The notes under the pieces: generated by a model
Seen by the model: the letters and a program-made list of their open reading frames with translations, nothing else
Database searches by the model: none
Told to the model about the DNA's origin: nothing
Part shown: positions 44,768-54,456 of the stretch, in pieces
How the letters are laid out: each line of letters begins with the position of its first letter
How positions within the stretch are numbered: the first letter of the stretch is position 1
Made by a program: the position numbers and the translations under genes
NCBI GenBank assembly: GCA_046483845.1
Contig: JAWOCK010000006.1
Span: forward strand, 24,819 to 88,818
From: Thermoplasmatota archaeon
Lineage (GTDB): Archaea; Thermoplasmatota; Penumbrarchaeia; Penumbrarchaeales; Penumbrarchaeaceae
Direction of reading: 5' to 3'
DNA: 64,000 bases

Positions 44768-44861
44768 GCCGACAGGAACGGTCTCCGATATCAATAAATT
44801 AACCCAAAGAGATGAGGGATACCTGTATAGTTAATTCGAATACGGTATCAGGTATATGTTC

Positions 44862-45029
44862 TCACATCTCAACGGCCGGCTCGTCGCTGCCGAGGTATCT
44901 TTCAGGGTCCTTCTCGAACATGAACCTGCACCCTGGTGCGCAGAAATAGTATTTCTTTCCTTTATACTCGCTCGTCAATATAGATATCTTCGGGTTCACC
45001 TTCATCTTGCATACCGGATCGGTCTCCAT
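44862..45029 (-). CDS. YHS-domain (TRASH-like) small metal-binding protein, 55 aa
   Basis: My own translation is METDPVCKMKVNPKISILTSEYKGKKYYFCAPGCRFMFEKDPERYLGSDEPAVEM. DPVC(G/K)M..Y.G..YYFC...C...F is the YHS signature. The ATG lies 1 nt after the copA stop. It is below the 60-aa track cutoff. Confidence 0.8.
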   Translation of the reverse strand: METDPVCKMKVNPKISILTSEYKGKKYYFCAPGCRFMFEKDPERYLGSDEPAVEM

Positions 45030-45030
45030 T

Positions 45031-47454
45031 TCATTTCCTCCTTTTTCTTATTTCAGGTACATATCTCTTGAGTGAAAGTGATAAAGTAATGACAGTTACC
45101 GAGCTCATAGCCATGGCAAGGCCTGCCAGTTCCGGCCGCATCTCAATGCCGATCGGATAAAGGATACCTGCGGCCACCGGAATGAGGGCCGTGTTGTATG
45201 CAAAGGCCCAGAAGATGTTCTGTTTTATCCTGCCCATTACCTTCCTTGAAAGCTCCAGCCCGGCTATGCTGTCCTCGAGGTTATCGTTCACAAGTACGAT
45301 ATCCCCGCTTTCCATGGCAATGTCCGTCCCGCTTCCCATTGCGATCCCGACATCTGCCTGAGCGAGGGCAGGGGCATCGTTTATACCATCACCCACGAAG
45401 GCTACCTTCTTTCCTTTCTCCTGGAGCTCCTTCACCTTTCTGGCCTTGTCCTCGGGGAGGACCTCTGCGATGATATTATCTATGCCGACCTCGGAACCCA
45501 CTGCTTCGGCGGTCCTTCGATCATCCCCCGAGATCATCACGACCTCGATCCCCCTTGCCTTCAAGGCATTGATCGCTCCCTTTGAAGTATCCTTGATCCT
45601 GTCGGATATCCCCAATATTCCGATCAATACACCTTCATAGGCGACCAGCACCGCTGTTTCTCCTCTCTTTTGTATTTCCCTCAGGTCGTTCTCTACTTCC
45701 TTACTTACTTTGATACCGTTTTCGGTTATCAGGCCCATATTGCCGGCCAAAGCCATTTTTCCATCGAGCCTCCCTATTATTCCCTTTCCCGTCACTGCGT
45801 GGACATCCTCGGATTCAGGAAGGTCAATATCCCTGGTCCTTTCGATCACCGCCTCACCTAGTGGGTGGCCGCTTCGTCTTTCGAGGGACCCTGCGACCAT
45901 GAGCAACCTCTCCTCGGACACGTCGTAGGGCTTTATGCTCACAACCTGGGGTTTTCCAATGGTGATGGTACCGGTCTTGTCAAGAACGAAGGTATCGATA
46001 TCCTTCGAGAGCTGAAGCGCTTCACCGTTCTTTATGAGGATCCCCATGTCGGCCCCTCTTCCTATTCCGACGGTCACCGCTGTTGGGGTTGCTAGTCCCA
46101 ATGCGCACGGACATGCTATTACCAGCACCGATACCAGCGTCGTGATCGAGAACAGCAGTTGCTCTCCAAATATAAGGAACCAGAATATAAAGCTCGATAT
46201 GGCTATCGTGAGGACTGCTGGAATGAAATAGCTTACGACCCGATCCGCCAATCTCTGTATCTCCGGTCTTGACCCTTGTGCCTCCTCCACCAATCTGATG
46301 ATCTGGGACAGTACGGTGTCCTTTCCGACCTTTGTAGCCTCCATCTTCAACAGTCCATCACCGTTGATGGTTCCTCCGACCAGGCTGTCGCCGCTTTCCT
46401 TTCGATCGGGAACGGGCTCACCCGTGACCATCGCCTCGTCCACGTGACTGCTCCCCGAGATCACTTTCCCGTCAACCGGGACCTTTTCTCCCGGACCGAT
46501 AATGACGGTATCGCCTGCCTCTACATCTTCGATATCGATCACCACATCCTTTCCCTCTCTGGAGACAGTGGCTGTTTTTGGTTTCAGGCCGATCAATCTC
46601 CTGATCGCCTCGTTCGTTTTCCCCTTGGCACGTGACTCGAGGAACCTTCCAAGTGTCAAGAAGGCCCCAAGCATCAGAATCGTGTCATAGAAAAGGAAGC
46701 TCCGGTCCAGGAAGATCTCGAAGGTACCAAGTATGGATGCTATGAAAGCCACACCCATTCCCATCGAGTACATAACGTCCATGTTCAGATTCCTGTGCTT
46801 GAGAGACCGAAATGCCGCAGAGAATATGGGATAACTTATGAAAAGGAAGATCGGTGTTATTGTGAAGAACAGGGGATAGGCCATGTCAAATGGCGGATCG
46901 GGTCCGAGCTGCATGAAGAGCATCAAAGGTATGCCTATACCGAGACCGACGGTGAAACGGAACATCCTCCCCCTCTGATCCCGGTCATGGGTTTCCTTTT
47001 CTTTAATTGAGGTTTCATCTTCCTCCGTTCCTATGTACTCATATCCTATATCCTCGATGGACTTCCTCATATCCCCGAGTGATACTAAATGGGGATCGTA
47101 ACTGACGTGGGCCTTTTCCGATCCCAGGTTCACCTTCACTTCTGAGATACCTTCGACCTCTTCCAAACCTGTCTCTATGGCTTTTACACACATTGCACAG
47201 GTCATGCCTCCGATCCTGATGACGGCGGTTTCCCTTTGTACCTCATAACCCACATTCTCGATGGTTTCCTCCATATCTTTTATATCGATCTTGGAGGGGT
47301 CGTAATTCACGGTGGCGGTTTCAGTTCCAAGGTTGACATCTGCGGTCTCTATCCCGTCCATCTTCTCGAGTTCGGACCTGATAGCATTGACGCATACCGC
47401 GCATGTCATTCCTTTGACATGTATGTGGACTCTATTATTTTCCAAAAATACCAC
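45031..47454 (-). CDS. copA: Copper-translocating P1B-type ATPase
   Basis: Two HMA domains (GMTCAVCVNAI, GMTCAMCVKAI), CPC motif ACPCALGLATP, DKTGTIT, GDGINDAP. Confidence 0.95.
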   Translation of the reverse strand: MVFLENNRVHIHVKGMTCAVCVNAIRSELEKMDGIETADVNLGTETATVNYDPSKIDIKDMEETIENVGYEVQRETAVIRIGGMTCAMCVKAIETGLEEVEGISEVKVNLGSEKAHVSYDPHLVSLGDMRKSIEDIGYEYIGTEEDETSIKEKETHDRDQRGRMFRFTVGLGIGIPLMLFMQLGPDPPFDMAYPLFFTITPIFLFISYPIFSAAFRSLKHRNLNMDVMYSMGMGVAFIASILGTFEIFLDRSFLFYDTILMLGAFLTLGRFLESRAKGKTNEAIRRLIGLKPKTATVSREGKDVVIDIEDVEAGDTVIIGPGEKVPVDGKVISGSSHVDEAMVTGEPVPDRKESGDSLVGGTINGDGLLKMEATKVGKDTVLSQIIRLVEEAQGSRPEIQRLADRVVSYFIPAVLTIAISSFIFWFLIFGEQLLFSITTLVSVLVIACPCALGLATPTAVTVGIGRGADMGILIKNGEALQLSKDIDTFVLDKTGTITIGKPQVVSIKPYDVSEERLLMVAGSLERRSGHPLGEAVIERTRDIDLPESEDVHAVTGKGIIGRLDGKMALAGNMGLITENGIKVSKEVENDLREIQKRGETAVLVAYEGVLIGILGISDRIKDTSKGAINALKARGIEVVMISGDDRRTAEAVGSEVGIDNIIAEVLPEDKARKVKELQEKGKKVAFVGDGINDAPALAQADVGIAMGSGTDIAMESGDIVLVNDNLEDSIAGLELSRKVMGRIKQNIFWAFAYNTALIPVAAGILYPIGIEMRPELAGLAMAMSSVTVITLSLSLKRYVPEIRKRRK

Positions 47455-47512
47455 TTTATGTCTCTATATCATCCAACATAGAGGTATACATTTTGGTTGA
47501 AGTGTTAAGGTC

Positions 47513-48010
47513 CTACTTTTCTTTCTTCAACACATCGAGAACCTCGTCCACATGCCCTTTTACTTTGACTCCGTGCCACTCCTTCCTGATCTTGGCGTCC
47601 GGGTCTATCAGGAAGGTGGACCTGTCGACTCCCATATATTCGCGGCCGACCATCTTTTTCTTCTTCCATGCTCCCATTTTGGATAATAGCTCTTTTTCAG
47701 GGTCGGACAGAAGCTTCAGTTTCAAGTCATGTTTATCTATGAAGTTCAGGTGGCTCTCCTTTTTGTCAGGACTCACTCCGACTATACGCGCGTTTTCCTT
47801 TTCGAAATCATCCAGGGCACAGGTAAAATCCTTTGCCTCCAATGTGCAGCCGCTGGTATTGTCCTTGGGATAGAAATAAAGGACCGTCCAATTCCCTTTA
47901 AGGTCATCCTTGCAGAACTCGTTTCCCATCTGGTCCATCAAACAGAACTCAGGAACTTGCTTTCCTTCCTTGCCGGTTTCTTCCATATTATCACCGGATG
48001 AAGAAAGCAT
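47513..48010 (-). CDS. bcp: Peroxiredoxin (Bcp/PrxQ type)
   Basis: VLYFYPKDNTSGCTLEA peroxidatic Cys context. 165 aa. Confidence 0.9.
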   Translation of the reverse strand: MLSSSGDNMEETGKEGKQVPEFCLMDQMGNEFCKDDLKGNWTVLYFYPKDNTSGCTLEAKDFTCALDDFEKENARIVGVSPDKKESHLNFIDKHDLKLKLLSDPEKELLSKMGAWKKKKMVGREYMGVDRSTFLIDPDAKIRKEWHGVKVKGHVDEVLDVLKKEK

Positions 48011-48052
48011 AGGAACTAATTATTTAACTCCCCTGATATTAAAGGGCAGGGG

Positions 48053-48622
48053 TCATCTGCCCGATTCCTTGGAGATGGGCGGAATGAAATCCTTTAACTT
48101 CTGTATATTGGGATTTACCTTCCCCCATCTTATCAGTGAGAAGGCCACATCGATTATCTCTGGGCGGTCTTCCAGGTAATTCTCGTATTCCAATCTGATG
48201 GAGTCGTAATACTTCCTTGCAGTCATCCAGTTTGGTGCCGCGAATATCACCAATAGATCGTACTTCCCGTTAAGGTAATAGGTATCCATCAAGCGTATAC
48301 TGAGCTCCCCTGGAGCGTTGGTGAGGTGCCTTCTTATAAGAAGCCGGGCCTGGTCCGCGGTCAGCGGTTTCAACTTGATCAGCAGAAGGAACGATTTCCA
48401 ATCGATCATGTTCTCATCAACGACAGCAGTATAGCCCCAAACAGCTTCGTTGTCCTCGAGCTTTCTCTTCTCCCGCCACACCTTTTGCCTGTAGGAACCA
48501 CAGGACCGTGCGATCTCTTCCAGGCTCCGCGTCGGGTCCTTCAAGAGTTCATTGAGTATCCTGTGTCCTTTGAACTCGGTTGTAACCGTATTGTTATCTA
48601 TCTGTAACAAATCGTTCACCAA
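48053..48622 (-). CDS. Lrp/AsnC-family transcriptional regulator (longer than usual)
   Basis: HTH region ILNELLKDPTRSLEEIARSCGSYRQKVWREKRKLEDNEAVWGYTAVVD followed by an alpha/beta RAM-like domain. TTG/GTG start. Confidence 0.6.
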   Translation of the reverse strand: MVNDLLQIDNNTVTTEFKGHRILNELLKDPTRSLEEIARSCGSYRQKVWREKRKLEDNEAVWGYTAVVDENMIDWKSFLLLIKLKPLTADQARLLIRRHLTNAPGELSIRLMDTYYLNGKYDLLVIFAAPNWMTARKYYDSIRLEYENYLEDRPEIIDVAFSLIRWGKVNPNIQKLKDFIPPISKESGR

Positions 48623-48840
48623 CTAGCCGAATGTGATTATACCTTTAATATTTCCGGTTAGGGTTGTTTATGATCCGTTGTCTTTTCTAGATGGTATCTC
48701 TATATGTGTGGAGATCGAAAAATCACCTCCTTGAGCTTTAACGTCTTTAAAAAGATTTAAACAATAGAAAACCACTATCCGTATAATATCCTGGTTCCCG
48801 AAGGGAAAATATCGGGGGCAGGGGAAAATGAGGGAGTCCA

Positions 48841-49191
48841 ATGCTTACGGAGATCACACACCTCCAGAACCTGGAAGTGCTGACGGAGAAAGGGTTATCG
48901 CTTGGATATGTTGAGGATGTGATAGTCGACCTGGATAGCGGCGAGATATACGAGCTTCTGGTCTCGGAAACGAACCCGGACCTTGTTGAGGAGGGTGCCA
49001 GTGTGGGCGTCCCTTACAGGTGGGTCCAATCCATATCCCGGGTCATCCTTTTAAAATACTTCCCCGGCAGGGTAAAGAGGAAGGAACAGTTCGATATACC
49101 TTCACTTCCAGCTGACGGAAGGCGGCGGAAGCTGAGAGTGGTCAAGACGGACCATGGGGATGGTGGGGTCAGCCGTGTAGGTTGGAGATGA
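48841..49191 (+). CDS. PRC-barrel domain protein (CdpB-like)
   Basis: LQNLEVLTEKGLSLGYVEDVIVDLDSGEIYELLV..TNPDLVEEGASVGVPYRWVQSISRVILL is the PRC-barrel pattern seen in small archaeal PRC proteins. Confidence 0.6.
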   Translation: MLTEITHLQNLEVLTEKGLSLGYVEDVIVDLDSGEIYELLVSETNPDLVEEGASVGVPYRWVQSISRVILLKYFPGRVKRKEQFDIPSLPADGRRRKLRVVKTDHGDGGVSRVGWR

Positions 49192-49212
49192 GGGATTACG
49201 GGACGTGGACGT

Positions 49213-49431
49213 ATGGCCTTAAAAGACCTGACCGATCTTGAACGAAGGGTCTACGAATATGTCAGAGATCATGATTTTGCCAATTATCCCTGGAGCACCA
49301 GCCATGCGGCAAGGGACCTGAAGACCAGTGAGGAAGAGATGTATTTTGCTATTTCTGAGCTAACTAAGAAGATAAGGGATAATATCTGGATATACTACGA
49401 CAAGGGAGAGCTCCACATCGTAGCGGATTGA
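49213..49431 (+). CDS. Small hypothetical protein (possible winged-helix)
   Basis: 72-aa ORF (LTDLERRVYEYVRDH..AARDLKTSEEEMYFAISELTKK), 21 nt after the PRC-barrel gene. I recognise no family. Confidence 0.4.
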   Translation: MALKDLTDLERRVYEYVRDHDFANYPWSTSHAARDLKTSEEEMYFAISELTKKIRDNIWIYYDKGELHIVAD

Positions 49432-51240
49432 TCATACCGCTTCCTTGAGAAGTATGTGGACCGAAAGACCTTTTTTCTTCTCCCTGTTCTCTATCCAGAT
49501 GATCCCACCATATCTTATGATCATTCTCTTTATCAGGTAGAATCCAAGTCCGTGAGAACCCGTGTCGGTACTGGTGGGTCTTCTGAACACATTTTCGAGG
49601 TTCTCTTTTTTCATTCCGTCACCGTTATCCTCAATCACCAGATGGACAGGTTCTGCCAGTAAGGTAGACCTGGGCGGGTCCCTGTTTGCTTTTACGTTTA
49701 TCCGAACCTTGTCTCGGGACCCTGAACGGTGAAGCAGGTTCTCGATCACTCGGAATAAAGCTTCATGAAGAAGTTCGTCTGTAAGAACATGGTAATTTTT
49801 AGCGTCTATATCTATTTTCATCTCTCTTTCCTGATATTCCTCCCTGACCCGGTTTACAGCTTCCAAGATCTCTTTTTTAAGATCTATGGGAGCGGTCTGG
49901 ACCTGTGCTCCGGCCTTGGACATTAACTTAACATCCCTTATGATCCTGGAGCTCTTGCGAATTTCAGTAAGGGCTCTGGAGATGTATTCTTTCCTCTTCT
50001 TTTCCGATTGCGGATCAAGGTTCATTAATTCGAGATATCCCATTATGCCAGTGTTTGCATTGTAAATATCATGGATCATGAGATCTGTATAGATATCAGC
50101 TTCTTCGATGGCGTCAAGTAGCTTTGTGGTCTGGTCCCTGAGTGATTCTTCCAGCTCCTTGATCTTTGTAATGTCCTGGCCCACCATCAGGATGAGAGAT
50201 ACGTTCCCTTCCTCATCGAAGATGGCCGTGTTCTCCAGGGATATGGTAAGTGCAATGCCGGAACTTGATCTTACCTTGCTCTTGTACTGGGTCCTGAAAC
50301 CTGTTCCTATATCCCATTTGAGTACTTCCAACCTACCCTTTTCAGCATCGCGCTCCAGTAAAAGATCGAACCAAGGCCTCCCCATCACCTCCTCAAGGCC
50401 ATATCCCAGTGTCCTTCTTGCACCCTTGTTGAAAAGGGTAATGTTCCCTTCAAGGTCGAGCCCGATGATTATTGCATTTGAACTCTCGATGAGCTCATCT
50501 CCCAGGCCACGAAGTAGTATGGCCCTCTTTCCGCCTTCATCTTGCCCCGTTCTTTGGACCCAGATCTCCAGTGTGAGTCCATCATCTGTTGATGTGCTCA
50601 GAGGTATTCCTATTACGTTGAAGTCCAGAGGTCCCGCTTTGGAACGTAGTCTCACCTCTGCTTCTCCGCCCTTCAGCTTGGTGAAACAATCCATCAGCAT
50701 AACTTTTCTCTGTTTGGTGGGCTTTGTGATTGGATCCTTTCCTTTGGATAATAGAGTCACCATTTCCTCCGATGCACTGTTCTGGAAGTATACCTCCATA
50801 TTTTTTTTCAGGATATCCATCGGGATCGAGAGTTCTTCTAGTATGTCCAGATCAATGCTTTTCAGATCGGATGAGATGGAGATGTCGTCCAGCAGGATAA
50901 CGAATCCATTCTCGGAACCCATGCCATCTGGTCCGTAGAACATCATACCCTGTTTATTGCCAAAGATATTTTCCCTCAATTCCACTTTAAGCCCCTCCTT
51001 TCCCTCTTCGGGTCCTTTTATTCGCTCAAGGACACCAGGGATGTTCGAGGGTTTTACGAGATCATACAAGTAGGAACCGACGAAATCTCCCGATCCATGA
51101 GGGATGCACTCCGCCATCTTCTTGTTGACATGCGTGATTCTGCCCCCTTTTCCCAGGACCATTATGCCCATAGGCAGCGAATCCGTACTCTCAGAATCAA
51201 CGGTTCTTACCACTTTTTCATCCTTTACTATCTCGACCAC
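49432..51240 (-). CDS. Sensor histidine kinase with PAS-like domains
   Basis: H-box MIHDIYNANTGIMGYLEL. ATPase N/G boxes VIENLLHRS, IEDNGDGM, GSHGLGFYLIKRMI. N-terminal PAS-like repeats. GTG start. Confidence 0.8.
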   Translation of the reverse strand: MVEIVKDEKVVRTVDSESTDSLPMGIMVLGKGGRITHVNKKMAECIPHGSGDFVGSYLYDLVKPSNIPGVLERIKGPEEGKEGLKVELRENIFGNKQGMMFYGPDGMGSENGFVILLDDISISSDLKSIDLDILEELSIPMDILKKNMEVYFQNSASEEMVTLLSKGKDPITKPTKQRKVMLMDCFTKLKGGEAEVRLRSKAGPLDFNVIGIPLSTSTDDGLTLEIWVQRTGQDEGGKRAILLRGLGDELIESSNAIIIGLDLEGNITLFNKGARRTLGYGLEEVMGRPWFDLLLERDAEKGRLEVLKWDIGTGFRTQYKSKVRSSSGIALTISLENTAIFDEEGNVSLILMVGQDITKIKELEESLRDQTTKLLDAIEEADIYTDLMIHDIYNANTGIMGYLELMNLDPQSEKKRKEYISRALTEIRKSSRIIRDVKLMSKAGAQVQTAPIDLKKEILEAVNRVREEYQEREMKIDIDAKNYHVLTDELLHEALFRVIENLLHRSGSRDKVRINVKANRDPPRSTLLAEPVHLVIEDNGDGMKKENLENVFRRPTSTDTGSHGLGFYLIKRMIIRYGGIIWIENREKKKGLSVHILLKEAV

Positions 51241-51396
51241 CTCTGGATGGGTTGATAAGGGAACTTGGATGATACTTTATTCCAAAATCCTTGGGCATGT
51301 AAACCTTTGAAAGGTTATTTAAACCTATGTTAATGGAGCGGTTAGTTTCGTCCCACTCCCAGCAAAGCATTTAGTACCCCATTTTTTCTACGGTGT

Positions 51397-52923
51397 ATGA
51401 TGGTTGCCGAAAGGATCGGAGAAAAAGAACCCGCTTGGACGGAAAAATACAGACCCAGGACCCTCGATCAAATGGTGGGCATGGTAAGAACCATCGAGAA
51501 GGTCAAACGTTGGGCCTGGTCATGGAAGAAAGGAGCGGATCCGAAGAAGAAGGCGATGATCTTCGATGGAGAACCAGGAGTGGGAAAGACGACAGCGGCT
51601 CTGGCCCTGGCAAACGAAATGGATTGGGAGGTGATCGAGCTCAATGCATCGGATTCCAGGAACCTGGAATCCATCCGTAATATGGTAACAAGAGGAGCGA
51701 CATCGCATGATATTACGGACTCTGGATACGGGGACGACTCCAAAAGGAAGAAAAAGCTTATTCTACTAGATGAGGCGGATAATCTCCATGAAAGGAGCGC
51801 CAGGTCCACGGAGGGACAGGACCTTTCGGACAGAGGAGGAAAAAGGGCCATCGTCGAACTTGTAAAACTGACCAAGCACCCGGTCATCCTGGTAGTAAAT
51901 AACCTCTACGGTCTCACAAAAGGAGCGGGGGCGTCCCTAAATTTCACTTGCGAAAAGGTCAAGTTCAGAAGATTGCCTCCGTCCTCCATCGCGAGGAGGC
52001 TCAGGGAGATCTGTCGAATGGAAGGTGTCAAGTTCGACGACGATCTCATAATGGCCATCTCCGAACGCTCTGGCGGTGATCTAAGGTCGGCCCTCGGCGA
52101 TCTACAGATAATATGTGCTGGAAAGAGCAGGATCTCGCTAAAGGATATTCAGGTACTGGGTTTCAGGGACACCAGGGAGAATATATTCAACACCATGGAA
52201 AAGGTCTTCAATGCACGCTCGGTGAACGCGTCCCGGTCCGCACTCATGGAGGTGGATGAGGACATTTCTTCCCTGATGCTCTGGTTCTCACATAACCTGA
52301 CCGCCGCAATGTCCCATCCGGGAGATGTGGACAGAGGGATGGCATCACTATCCAAGGCAGACCTCTTCCTCGGGAGGGTAAGAAGGAGGCAGAACTACAA
52401 ACTATGGTCCTATGCCCGGGACAACATAGCAACATTGTGTCTTGCAAGGAAACACCCCAACCCTGCCAGGTCCCGTTACGGGTTTCCGTCCTACCTAAAG
52501 AAGATGTCTCGATCCAAGGAAACAAGGAGGATACTCAAGGAAACCGCTTCCGCAATAGGTATTCTGACCCACTCTTCGATCCGCTCTGTCAAGGAGGACA
52601 CCCTCTATCGTTTCGGTCTCATGACGACCCGGGACCCCGATTTCGCCGGAAGCCTGGTAGCCCATGGAGGGCTGGAGAAGGAGCATCTCAGGATCCTTTC
52701 CCGGGACAGTTTGAAGGAGAAAGATCTCAGAGATATCATGGGAAGGGCGGAGCAGATAAAGAACTCCATGGTGAGACCCACTGGGATGGAAGGCCACCCC
52801 GAGGGAGGTCTGATGGATTACGTAAAGGAGGGGGAAGAAGAAGCGCATGAAGGTGATGGGAACGGATCTCCGGAGGAGGATAAGGGGTCCGGCCCAAAAC
52901 AGGCGAACCTTTTCGATTTTTAA
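51397..52923 (+). CDS. rfcL: Replication factor C large subunit
   Basis: WTEKYRPRTLDQMVG, Walker A GEPGVGKTTAALALA, LLDEADNL, and an acidic/basic C-terminal PIP-like tail ..QANLFDF. Confidence 0.9.
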   Translation: MMVAERIGEKEPAWTEKYRPRTLDQMVGMVRTIEKVKRWAWSWKKGADPKKKAMIFDGEPGVGKTTAALALANEMDWEVIELNASDSRNLESIRNMVTRGATSHDITDSGYGDDSKRKKKLILLDEADNLHERSARSTEGQDLSDRGGKRAIVELVKLTKHPVILVVNNLYGLTKGAGASLNFTCEKVKFRRLPPSSIARRLREICRMEGVKFDDDLIMAISERSGGDLRSALGDLQIICAGKSRISLKDIQVLGFRDTRENIFNTMEKVFNARSVNASRSALMEVDEDISSLMLWFSHNLTAAMSHPGDVDRGMASLSKADLFLGRVRRRQNYKLWSYARDNIATLCLARKHPNPARSRYGFPSYLKKMSRSKETRRILKETASAIGILTHSSIRSVKEDTLYRFGLMTTRDPDFAGSLVAHGGLEKEHLRILSRDSLKEKDLRDIMGRAEQIKNSMVRPTGMEGHPEGGLMDYVKEGEEEAHEGDGNGSPEEDKGSGPKQANLFDF

Positions 52924-52930
52924 TACTCTC

Positions 52931-54241
52931 TCAAAGCTCTAGTTCCTCGGATGGCTCCGATAGGACCTCGGCTTGGATGGGTGGTCTGCTGCTTTTCCTT
53001 TGACCACGCCTTTCGTCGGGCGGTTTCGAGAACAGTGAGAACTTCCCATCTTCTCTCTCCCTTTCCCTCTTTTCCTTATTTTCCTGTTTCTTCTTCTTCC
53101 TCTGGGCCTTTCTCTCCTTCTTCAGCTTCTTCCACATGCCCTTCTTCTTGGACCTTGAAAGTTCAGGGTCATGCGGAGGTAGCTCTTTGAACCTCTTTTT
53201 CCATACCCTTTTTCTCCATCTAGCCGCCATCCAGGGCAATATTATTATGGCTACGATCAGAATGAATATCCATAGGTAACTGTCCAAGAAGTCCTTGAAC
53301 TTCTGATATCTGCTCACCTCCGGTTCGAGGATCTTGAGATTGAACTTCTCGGTTAGATTGTTCTGTCCGGTGGGGTCGTAGGATATGGATGTCTCCAACT
53401 CGTAATCACCCGGGGGATTCTCCCTCTCCCATAATATCTCCCTTGTCCTGTTGATGGTGTTAGATTGGGTCGAAAGGTCAGTGTTGGGTTGTATTATTCC
53501 GTTCACGATGACCTGAGTGTAGAGCTTTGTCCAGGGTACCATGAATGCATCATTGTACTCTACCGCGATCTGTTTTTGGTTTATCTTGGCCCCTATGATC
53601 TCCAGAGAGTTGGATCCGAAGGTGAAACCGGAATCGAGCTTGGAGGAGCCGAACTTCAAGATGGCCCCGCCGTTGCATCTGGCTCTGATCCTAAGCTGGA
53701 TCACGGTATTGGATTCAACCGTGGTATCATTTGCCGCCGGAAAGAAACCCGACGCCTCTATCTTGTTGTCTACTCCCTCCTGGATCCTGTTACTGTACGA
53801 CTCGATTGTCAGGATAGGTTCGCTTCCCCTCATTATATCGAAGATGAAGTCCGAGGAGACGGAACCGGAGCCCTCTTCCCTGGTTGCGAAGATCATGACG
53901 GTCACTTTTCCTCCCAGGTTTATGGTGTCCCTCAAAGGCTCAGAGGACCATGTACCTACATCCTTCCAGTATGTATGCCCTATGGGTAGAAGATTCCATC
54001 CGAAGAGACCGTCCTTTATGAAACCATTTGGTATGGCGACAGCCTGCCATTCGTCCGTGTTCTCGGGGGCTAGAGGAGTCAACTGCATCCCGGCGATCAT
54101 GTGGAGTTTTGTATCGTTGAGGATCATTGGCCCTTCGACATTCTGACCTTCGGTCCTCTCCGATGTGATCATGAAAACAGAGATGGTCACGGACAGTAGA
54201 ACGACGATCGCCGTCAGTTTCGAGAGCTTCTTGATCCTCAT
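52931..54241 (-). CDS. Hypothetical type I membrane protein (signal peptide, ~300-aa ectodomain, TM helix, Lys/Arg/Glu-rich tail)
   Basis: 436-aa ORF with N-terminal LTAIVVLLSVTISVFMI, a TM helix (LWIFILIVAIIILPWMAA) and a basic tail. I recognise no family. Confidence 0.5.
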   Translation of the reverse strand: MRIKKLSKLTAIVVLLSVTISVFMITSERTEGQNVEGPMILNDTKLHMIAGMQLTPLAPENTDEWQAVAIPNGFIKDGLFGWNLLPIGHTYWKDVGTWSSEPLRDTINLGGKVTVMIFATREEGSGSVSSDFIFDIMRGSEPILTIESYSNRIQEGVDNKIEASGFFPAANDTTVESNTVIQLRIRARCNGGAILKFGSSKLDSGFTFGSNSLEIIGAKINQKQIAVEYNDAFMVPWTKLYTQVIVNGIIQPNTDLSTQSNTINRTREILWERENPPGDYELETSISYDPTGQNNLTEKFNLKILEPEVSRYQKFKDFLDSYLWIFILIVAIIILPWMAARWRKRVWKKRFKELPPHDPELSRSKKKGMWKKLKKERKAQRKKKKQENKEKREREREDGKFSLFSKPPDERRGQRKSSRPPIQAEVLSEPSEELEL

Positions 54242-54456
54242 GTTCAGCCTCCGGGTGCTTGCCCCTCGGGGTCTCTTTCAAGTATGGACACTTCGTATAT
54301 AACAAATATCTACATAGCGCATATAAGCTTTGCCTAGTATCATAGGCCATCTCTATTTGTAAGTTCTGGTATCAAGGTAGAAGCTCCTCTTTCCCTTGTA
54401 TTAAAATGACCTGTCGGACCGGTCAATTAATAATAGTAAGAACCTTTGGTCACCAT

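Noticed and set aside
44103-44834. 243-aa and 173-aa plus-strand ORFs over fhs
   Set aside because: They are antisense to formate-THF ligase, which is unambiguous.
44856-45071. 71-aa plus-strand ORF
   Set aside because: It lies antisense to a well-supported YHS-domain ORF and the copA 3' end, and has no recognisable motifs.
50108-50938. 276-aa plus-strand ORF
   Set aside because: It is antisense to the histidine kinase gene, and its Ser-rich sequence has no motifs.
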